The notes beneath the pieces are model-generated. The model was not told where the DNA came from and did not search any database. It worked only from the letters and a program-made list of their open reading frames with translations. This document shows, piece by piece, positions 54,916 to 64,000 of a DNA stretch of 64,000 nucleotides; position 1 is the first letter of the stretch, and every line of letters begins with the position of its first letter. The DNA lies in assembly GCF_009914755.1 (NCBI RefSeq), contig NC_060926.1. One strand, given 5' to 3'. The translations under genes and the position numbers were made by a program. Origin of the DNA: the human T2T-CHM13v2.0 reference genome, Homo sapiens.

Positions 54916-56884
54916 TTAAATCAAATATATATTCAAATCAAAGTGTATATTATATATAAATAATATATACATAAAACCTAGTATATAATAATATATAACT
55001 AAAAAGTTAATAGAAGCTAAAAATGGAATAATAAAAAATGATTTATCCAAATAAAACAATTAAGGAGAGGAAAAGGACACAACCCACGTGGACCAAATTA
55101 AAATTAGATGCTAAGATGGTAGGTAAAATCTAAAATATATTAGATAGTATATTAAATGTAAGTAGACTAAGTACTCTAAGTCAAAGATTAAGATTGTCAA
55201 ACTGGGTAAGAAAATAAAACTCAAATATATGTGGTTTACAAAAGCCACACTTTAAATATAGGACAAAAATATTTGAAAGCAGATGGTTGAAATAAATATA
55301 TAACCTAGACATTAACCAAAAGAAAATTGGCATTTGTATTCTAATATCAGATAAAATAGCCTTTCAGTCAAGAGGCATTACTAGATATACACAGAGATAT
55401 TGCTTAATCATAAAGGGTCCAATCCAAAATAAATATATCACACTCCTACTGCACTAAGTATGTTCTCTTTACCACAGTGAACTTAATCTAGAAATAAATA
55501 ACAAAAAGAGAAGTTAGAAAATCAAAACTACCAGGAAATTAAACAGTATACTTTTAAATAATCCACTGATTATTTAAAATCAAAACTAAAATTAGAAAAT
55601 ATTTTGAACTGAAAGTTAATGAGGGCACAAGACATCAATCATGTGAGGTCCAGCTAAAGCAGGCGTTACACAGAAATGTGTAGGCTTGAATGAATCTCTT
55701 AGAAAGGAAAAAAATGACTCCTCTTATGAAGGTTGTAAAACAATTATACATCCAATTTAGGCAAAGTATTAGAAAAGAAATAATGCAAGTAATTTCAGAA
55801 TTCGATAAAACAGAAAATAAATTTCTTATTGAAAAAATTAACAGAGTTGATTATTGGAAAAAAATAGATAGACCCTAGTAAGTCTGGATTTTTTTAAAAA
55901 AGATAAAAATACACAAATCACTAATATCTAGAATTGAAAAAGATTTACTACAAATTTTAGAGACTTCAAAAAGTAAACAAGAAAGCATTAATAACATCTT
56001 TATATTGATGAATTTGAAAATATGTATAAAAAAGACAAGTTTCTAAAAACAATACAAACATCCAAAGTAGATAAACAATAAGTCTGAGGAATTTTGTGTT
56101 TATTAAGGAAATTGAATCAATTATTTAAGAAAATTTTAAAGAAAGAAAACAAGTCTGGCTTCACCAGTGATACATTCCAAAATTTCAGGGAAGAAATAAC
56201 AGAAATTTTACTCTTAATATTCCAGAGAAAAGGAAAATTTGGTACACTATCTTTTTTAATTAGTCCGGCATAACTTTTATTCAAAATTTAGCAAAAATGT
56301 TAAAAAATGAAAATTATAGATTAATTTCCTAACTAAATAGATTTAATTGATTTAAACATTTTATCTAATCAAATCAAGGAATACTTATAAAAGGAAACTG
56401 TGTCATGACTAGGTAGCTTACATTCTGGGAATTCAAGGTTGGTTTAACATTCAAGAATCAATCAATAAATTTCACCCTATTAAGAGAAAAACCGGAAAAA
56501 CCATATGAACATCTTGATAATTACAGAAAATAACTAATGGAATTCAACATAAACTTATTATAATACTAAACGAACCAATTTTAGCAAATAGATACACAAT
56601 GTCTACCAATAAATGTATAAAAATAGTATATGTGATAATGAGAAATTGAATTATTTCCCCTCAGAGACAACAAGGTGAGTAAGCCCACTATGACTTCCTA
56701 TGGAAGTCCGAGCCAGTGCAAAAAGTCAAAAGAAATAAATAATACATGAATTAGAAGTAAGGGATTAACTGTCATTATTGTCAAATGACGTGCTTGTATC
56801 TCTAGTTGTTTACAAACTATGAGAATTATTAAGTGAGTTAGTAGGGTTTCTGGATACAAGCTCAATGTTAAAAAATCTATTAAA

Positions 56885-57039
56885 CTGAGTGTGGTGGTAT
56901 GCAGCTACAGTGCCACTACTTAGGAGGCTGAGGCAGGAGGATCACTTGAGCTGGGAGGTTGAGGTTGCAATGGGCTGTGACTGTGCCACTGCACTCCAGC
57001 CTGAGCGACACAGTCAAACCCTGTCTCAAAAAAAAAAAA
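56885..57039 (+). mobile_element. Alu right-arm monomer (FRAM or truncated AluJ)
   Basis: GGAGGCTGAGGCAGGAGGATCACTTGAG...CACTGCACTCCAGCCTG, A tail; TSD AAAAAATC(T/A)ATTAAA at 56870-56884 and 57034-57048. Confidence 0.9.
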
Positions 57040-57512
57040 TCAATTAAATTTGCATATGCCAGCCTCAAACATATAACATTATAACTTACAATAGCAGCTA
57101 AGCCCATAAATACCTAGAAATATATATACCAAAACATATGAAATATCTTTATATTAAAATATATAAAACATGTTGAGACAAATTATAGAAGACCTAAGTA
57201 GGAAAGGGATATACTTTATGGACTGGAAGACTAAATATTGTGAAGAAGCCAAATCTCCCAAAATTATCAATATATTTGATAGTAGCCCAATATAAATTAC
57301 AACAGGTATTTTCATGGCAATTCTAAAATTCACATGGAAATGCAAAGGTCAAGGATACCCAAGCCATCATGCAGAAGTGCAACAAACCTGGAAGTGTTAT
57401 ACCAGCAAGATCCACGACATACTGTAAAGCTATAGTAATTAAGACAATTTGGTTTTGGTACAAGTTTGGGAGGGGCAAATGACCAACAGAACAAAACAGA
57501 ATCTAGAGACAC

Positions 57513-57860
57513 TTGCTATTGTCTGAATGTTTGTGTCCCTTCAAATTTATGTGTCAAAACCTAATCTCCAAGGCAGCATTATTAAGAGGTGGGTCCTTCA
57601 GAATGTGAGGGCAGAACCCTCACGAATGGTATTGGTGCCCTCATGAAAAAGGCCTTAAGGAGCTTGTTTGCTCCTTCCATGTGAGGCTATAGTAAAAGGA
57701 TGTCAGACTATGGGGAAGAGGGCCCTCACCAGACACCAAATCTGCTGGGGACTTGATCTTGGATTTCCTAGCCTCCAGAAAATGTTAGCAATAACTTTGT
57801 TTTATTTATAAGCCATCCACTTATAATATTTTTGTTACAGCAACTTGAATGGACTAAGAA
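57513..57860 (+). mobile_element. MaLR solo LTR, MLT1A-like
   Basis: TGCTATTGTCTGAATGTTTGTGTCCC...GGGCCCTCACCAGACACCAAATCTGCTGG...TTGATCTTGGATTTCCTAGCCTCCAGAA...GAATGGACTAAGA. Confidence 0.88.
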
Positions 57861-60800
57861 AAATACCTTCATGTGCAATTGTTTGATTTGTAACAATGCA
57901 GTGTTCTTAATGTGCTGAATCAATTGGATATTTATCTGGAAAAAAAAGAATCTTAACTCCTTCCTCGCACCACATACACAATTTAATTCTAGATGGATTA
58001 CAGATGTAAACATAAAATATGAAACAATAAATATGATACAAAGGAAAACATAGTAAATCATCTTTGTGACCTTAGAATAGGCACAATAGACTTATTAAAT
58101 AGAGCCTGCAAATCACTGACTATAAAAGAAAAAATATTGATAAATTGGACTATATTAAAATTAAGGACTTCTGTCATCAAAAATCACAAGAGTGAATTTA
58201 TAACCCTCAGAGTAGCAGATATTTTCTATTTCTGATAAAGGGCACAAAACCAGAATATATAGACAGCTCTTTAAAACCAATAACAAAAAGAAGGGACACA
58301 CAAGAGAAAAATGAACAAAAGATCCTAACAGACAGTTCATAAAAGAGTATTTTCAAATACAAATAAAGCTACTAAAATGCTTTTTAATAGCGATTTAACT
58401 ATTGCTTATCAAGAAAATGGAAATTGAAATGGTAATAGGATGCAACCGCACACCCACCTGAATGAATAGAATGAAAGGTCTGAAAACACCAAATGTTGGT
58501 GAGGATGTAGAGCAATCAGAACTTTTATAGACAGTTGATTGAAATACTAATTTCTTGAACAAATATTTGAGAAGGTGTGCTAAAGCTAAGCATGTACACC
58601 CTGTGACCCAGCCATTGCACAACTTGGTATATGCTCTCTCCTTAACTGCATGCATTATGTTAACCAAAAGATGAGTCCTAAAGTGTTCATAGAAACGCTG
58701 TATGTGATCATCTCAAACTGAGACCTATGCAAGTGTTAATTGTAAGAATACATACATGTGGCAGATTCACACATGGAATAAATATCTATTCAGCAAAGAG
58801 AATGACTAAAATCCAGCTACATATGTCCTTGCAGATAAATGTTAGAAACATAATGTTGAGCAAAAGAAACTAGACACAGAAAAGAACTTTTTGTATGATT
58901 CTATTGAATTGAAATACAAATCAGACACATTTACCTATGCTGTTAGAAAACCACGTAGAAGTTACTGTTGAGGGACATTTAGTGACTGGAATGGGACATG
59001 AGACAGACTTCTCTAGTATCAGTGTTTCATAGGGTATCAATATTTTATAGGTGTATTCAGTTTATAAAAAGCCATCAAGCAGGACACTATGGCATGCCCT
59101 TTTATATGTGTGTATTATACTTCTATAATATGTTAAATATCAGAGATTAGCTAAAATCCAATTTTACCACTATCCCTAATGATGTCTTCCTTTATCTGGG
59201 TATACTGTTTCACATAAAAATTTATTTTGTGTTTGCATGAGATCTACCTCATTCTTGGATAAGTTAGTTTTTCACATGCTGATGGACGCTCAGTGAGTAA
59301 ATATGATTCTATTATTTGCCCTTTCAGAAAAGCCTGAACTAAACACCCTTATACACTGTTTTCTGTGTACATTATTTCTGTTTAGCCAAGGTAAATAAGT
59401 AGAAGCTGAATTGCTGTATAATACGATATGATTATTTCAATTATGATACATATTGCCAATTTGACCACCCCAAATTTATACTCTCACCAGCAGTATTAAG
59501 AGCACCAGTTTCTTTACACATGCATCAAACTTATCAACCTTTTTTTTTCTTTGTTTACCATAACATTCTTGTTTTAATCTGAATTTCCATGGGCATGGTG
59601 AGGAGCTTTTCATTTGTTTGGCCTTCTAATTTTAAGGGAGAGTCTACACTGCAGTCTTCTACTCCTTATATTTAATCCATAAAAATGATAGAAAAGAACA
59701 TATAAATGCATAAAGACCTAAGCCAGGAAATGAGAAGACAGCCTTTTCACAGAACAGAGGCTGAAAAATACCAACTAGAGTTCATTGTCTCCATTCATCT
59801 TTCTTCTTCCAGGATGTTGCTCGAGTCTATATTTTAGCACCAATTTAATTCTGCTTACAACTATAGTTGGCTAGTTTTATGTCTATCGACTCCTACTAGT
59901 TAGTAAGCAAAACATTAAAAATGTTCTATTACTTTGGAACTAGCAAATATACAATAGAGCTCTGCCTATTTTAGACATTTAGGAAATATGTGTTGAGTGA
60001 TACAACGTTAAGAATGGGAGAAAATCTTTCAAACTGAATATACTAGTTTTAAAAGTATCTGAATTTACTTACCAAAGCCTATTAATACTTTTATAATCTA
60101 AAACTAAATCTATTGTTCTCAGAGAACCATACAAAGCCGTGTTATGCTGCTTCATAATATTAAAATAATAGTTCACTGAGTGTGTAATCCACAAGACAAA
60201 GGAAAAAACACAGTGAGAAAAATATCCCTTTCCAACAATCTCTGTGAATCAACTTTGCATGAGAAAAATTTGCTAATACAATTTGAATATTCCATTTGCA
60301 ATGTTAGCTTATGGCGGAAATACCTGGAGAAATTCCAGAGGACTTCTCCACTGTAGACATTTCCAATAAATATTTTCCTAAAATACAAATCAAACAAAGA
60401 CACCCCATAGTTGAGATAGGATGAGTCTTTGCACTAAAAAGGAAGAAATATGGTGAGATGACTAATGGATGAAGATATATCTTTGAAAATTATTGTCAAA
60501 TATTTAAGTTACAGTTTTTGGAGCCCAAATTGTGACCTAAAAATAAATTGTTCCTTTATCAATAACAGTCCATTTACAACCTCACAAAAAATATTGACCT
60601 AAAGGACTTATTAACATATCATACAAGAAGTTGTTTATTTTAGAAGTTATTTTAAAAGCATGAAAGGACAGAAAAGGAAGTTTCCAGTCCAAAAAAACAT
60701 TATATTTTCAGCACCATAATTATTGTCATTTACAGTGCTGTAAAGCTTTAATCCAGGGGAAACTCATCAGTGGAATATGACTCAGTTTGATCTAAAAGTC

Positions 60801-61445
60801 CTTGAGAGGAGAACTGTCTGCAGATGGTTGCTCATCTGCATCTTGTAATTACAGTATATGTTCGTTCACACTCTAATAAACCTAAAAATATATGAGGACC
60901 AATATAGCCAATCTTCTGAATAAGCAATAACTAATGAACAAACATCTGGAAATGGCTACATGACTTATAATTGAGTAGATAATTTCCAGATCAATCAATG
61001 AAGTGTTGGCTGTTAATTTCTTAGTGTAAGTACTAGAGTACCACCTAAGCATTTAAAATCACTAGGCCTATTTGAAACATTTATTTGTGCAAATTATAAT
61101 ATTCTATAATCCTAAATAAGTCTGTATGAAAGTGAACTTTTTGAAGATGGACAACTACATGGTTTGGTGAGTGACTGGAAACACCAATAAAATGTTTCTA
61201 GGAAAAACAGTCTGCTTAGTGGGAAAGTAAATAAGTTCTGTTTGCATACGTCCTGTAACTGTAGCTGAGCTACAGACAGGAGCATCCCCAGAAAAAAAGA
61301 CTCAGGCCAGTCAGGAGTAGCCACAATTTCAAAGACACCTCACTTTCTGTTGCCTTTCTAATTTGGTTACACTCAACATTATTATGGCATTTGTGTAAAA
61401 TGAATTACTAAACTTATTCACTGGGAATCCTGACAATCTCTAAGC

Positions 61446-61615
61446 TAATGATTTTCTAAATTGCTGTTTCACTTTTGTGCTCTAAGCTCCTGGTTTCCAG
61501 ACTCTGCTTCAACCAGAGTAGCTCAGTTTTTACTTGTTTTGTATTTTCAAATGCTATTAGTGCTTTGTTTTTGAGGAGGCATTGTGCTGCCACTGGAAAG
61601 GGTTTAAAACCTACT
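61446..61615. mobile_element. MER103-like hAT MITE
   Basis: CTCTGCTTCAACCAGAGTAGCTCAGTTTTTACTTGTTTTGTAT matches the recalled MER103C core. Confidence 0.6.
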
Positions 61616-61620
61616 CTTTC

Positions 61621-62053
61621 TTTTTTTTAATTTATTTTAATTTTTTAAAATTATACTTTAAGTTCTAGGGTACATGTGCAGAACATGCAGGTTTGATACA
61701 TAGGTATAGATGTGCCATGTTGGTGTGCTGCACCCATCAACTCGTCATTTACATTAGGTGTTTCTCCTAATGCTATCCCTCCCTCAGCTCCTCACCCCAT
61801 GACAGGCCCCGGTGTGTGATGTTCCCCGACCTGTGTCCACGTGTTCTTATTGTTCAGTTCCACCTATGAGTGAGAACATGCGGTGTTTGGTTTTCTGTCC
61901 TTGTGATAGTTTGCTGAGAATGATGGTTTCCAGCTTCATCCGTGTCCCTGCAAAGGATATGAACTCATCCTTTTTTATGGCTGCGTTGTATTCCATGGTG
62001 TATACGTGCCACATTTTCTTAATCCAGTCTATTATTGATGGACATTTGGGTTG
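61621..62053 (-). mobile_element. 5'-truncated L1PA (PA5/PA6-like) 3' end
   Basis: TTATACTTTAAGTTCTAGGGTACATGTGCAGAAC...TATGAGTGAGAACATGCGGTGTTTGG; perfect 16-bp TSD TAAAACCTACTCTTTC at 61605-61620 and 62054-62069. Confidence 0.96.
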
Positions 62054-62274
62054 TAAAACCTACTCTTTCAAGTATTTTTTTATTTTAAAGAAGACAGATC
62101 AATTTTTGAAATCAACTGATGAATTATGAATGTGAAAGTTCAGGAAAATAATATGGTACACATGAAAAGTAGATGCTATTTTTTGAAAGATGGTATTTCT
62201 GGTTTTCTGATGGGTTTTGCACCAGAGACAAACTTTGTAACCTGCAGGAAACATTGAGACAGCTCTCACAGAAA

Positions 62275-62472
62275 GGAAAGGCAATATGTAGGTTTTTCGA
62301 AGAATTAAAAAATAAAACTACTATATGATCTAGCAATTCCTCTTCTGAGTATGTACCCAAAGGAAATATCTGAGATATCTGAGCTGCCATGTTCATTGCA
62401 GCATTATTCACAGCAGCCAAGATATAGAAACAAATGTTTATCAATTAATGAATGCATAAAGTATTATATACA

Positions 62473-62510
<38 letters not shown>

Positions 62511-63003
62511 GGAATATTATTCGACTTTAAAAAAGGATATATTGCCATTTGGAACAATATGGATGAACTTGGAGGATATTATACTATGTGAAATAAGTCA
62601 CAGAAAGAAAAATATTGCATGATATCACTTATGTGTGGAATCTTAAAAAAGAAGTTGAGTACATAGAAACAGAGAGTGGACTAGTGGTTTGCAAGGGAGG
62701 AAGAGGGGAAAGAAATGGGGAGATTTCAGTTTGATGGTACAAACTTGCAGTTATGTAGAATAGGTAAGTCTAGAGACCTAATGTAGAGTGGGAAGATTAT
62801 AGTTAATAATGTTGTATTTTATATTTAAAATTTACTAAGCGAGTAGATTTGAGGTGCACTTCTCTATCTCCCCACCCGACCACACACAATGGTAGCAATG
62901 CAAGGTAAATAATATGTTGTTTACTTGAGTAATTTTATTATGAATATGCATATCAAGACATCATGCTGTACAACATAAATGTATATATTACATTAAAAAA
63001 GAA
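62275..63003 (+). mobile_element. L1MA-type LINE 3' end containing a (TG)16 microsatellite
   Basis: ATATGATCTAGCAATTCCTCTTCTGAGTAT...CATGTTCATTGCAGCATTATTCACA...GTACAAACTTGCAGTTATG...GTCTAGAGACCTAATGTA; TG run 62476-62507. Confidence 0.88.
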
Positions 63004-63179
63004 AAGCACACAATGAAAATAATAATGAAAACGGCAATAATAGTAATTCTGAACTTAGATATGATTTCCACATTTTTGGTTTTCAAAACTTGAAATATCA
63101 CCTCTCTAGCTTTTAGATAAAAATGAAAATGAGAAGAAACTGAAGGAGCGAGAGTCCTTTTTAAAAATCCTGTTGTGGG

Positions 63180-63350
63180 TGTTAAGTACTTAATAGGCAT
63201 TATCTTACTTAATCTTTACAGTAACTTGTTTAATCTTCATAAAAATAGTAAATACTGTTTCTATCCAATTTAATAAATAGAGAAACTTGACCTGAACAAC
63301 TGGATCCTTCAAAATTTGTGACCAACAATATCTGGGTTCTAAAGTCAGTT
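63180..63350 (-). mobile_element. MIR fragment
   Basis: TAAGTACTTAATAGGCATTATCTTACTTAATCTTTACAGTAAC...AAATAGAGAAACTTGA. Confidence 0.5.
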
Positions 63351-64000
63351 CTTTTCACAGTTTTATTTTTACAAGAAGATGATTCTTGAAAAGGATTAAG
63401 AATGTGGCCTTATATAAGTAGACTAGACTTGTCTGGTCATATGTTCATATTTTTCTTACAAATATGAACAACAGCAAAAATTAATTCTGTATATTGTAGC
63501 AAATTCAAAACTTCAGTACCTGTTACTTTAGATATACAAATATGATAAAGAAAAATCTTTTCAAACTAACATAGTGGTCAATGTTTATGCTTTTCCTTAT
63601 GTAGACAGTTCTCGTTGCATCATTTATTTTGGAGTAGTGATGATGCAGAAGACAAAACATGCCTTTTCCTTCATGAGCTAGTAAAAGCTCCCAATTCTAT
63701 ACCTTAGGTTTTTAGTTTATTATAAATTTGAATTTGTATATAATATTCACCTATTTTTAATTACCAACCAGTTGCTAAGAAATAAAAATGTTTAGTTTTA
63801 TTTAGAAATAGATAATTTTGTTTCCTTCACTAGATATGGTCATCATTTGGTATTTTACAACAGATTTTTTTCCCTAGTCCTAACTCTGATAAATTTATTT
63901 GGTTGTTATTTTAAGTAGTTTTTACCTGATAAAAATATTTTAACAGCCTTCATCTAACATTTTGGTCTTGATATTTAAAAATATCATGCTTGGTTTCTGT

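Larger units (their letters stand above)
52110..59138 (+). mobile_element. Near full-length, heavily decayed L1M (L1ME/MC-like) with nested insertions
   Basis: A-rich + strand with ORF1-like (CATCATAGTAAAATTGCTAAAAATCAAAGACAAAGAGAAAATC), ORF2-like (GGAATTCAAGGTTGGTTTAACATTCAAGAATCAATCAAT; ATACTGTAAAGCTATAGTAATTAAGACA) and L1ME-like 3' end (GTATTATACTTCTATAA) in the correct order; no intact ORF. Confidence 0.82.

Noticed and set aside
57605-57623. GTGAGGG-cagaa-CCCTCAC hairpin
   Set aside because: Short, and part of the MLT1A consensus
53100-58700. Active L1 or domesticated reverse transcriptase
   Set aside because: Full of stops, frameshifts and insertions; no long ORF

Overview
AT-rich, repeat-dense non-coding DNA from a catarrhine primate (human-like: AluY/AluS/AluJ and L1PA are present), most likely intronic or intergenic. 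I recognise no protein-coding gene, RNA gene, CpG island or prokaryote-type system. The supplied ORFs read as chance frames through Alu, L1, LTR, microsatellite and AT-rich sequence. The window records mammalian/primate transposon history: ten Alus (most with readable target-site duplications), a near full-length ancient L1M (~52.1-59.1 kb) with four nested insertions, L1PA/L1MA 3' ends, MaLR/ERVL solo LTRs, hAT/Tigger MITEs, and L2/MIR/L3 relics. Subfamily names come from recalled consensus sequences and boundaries of old elements are approximate. The best unexplained signals are a perfect 28-bp-stem, 85-nt hairpin at 33331-33415, a nearby templated-duplication scar and motif-rich island (32.65-33.24 kb), two clusters of fold-back inverted repeats (5.5 kb, 27.5-28.0 kb) and several unvalidated candidate exons. 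I found no convincing evidence of a new biological system.
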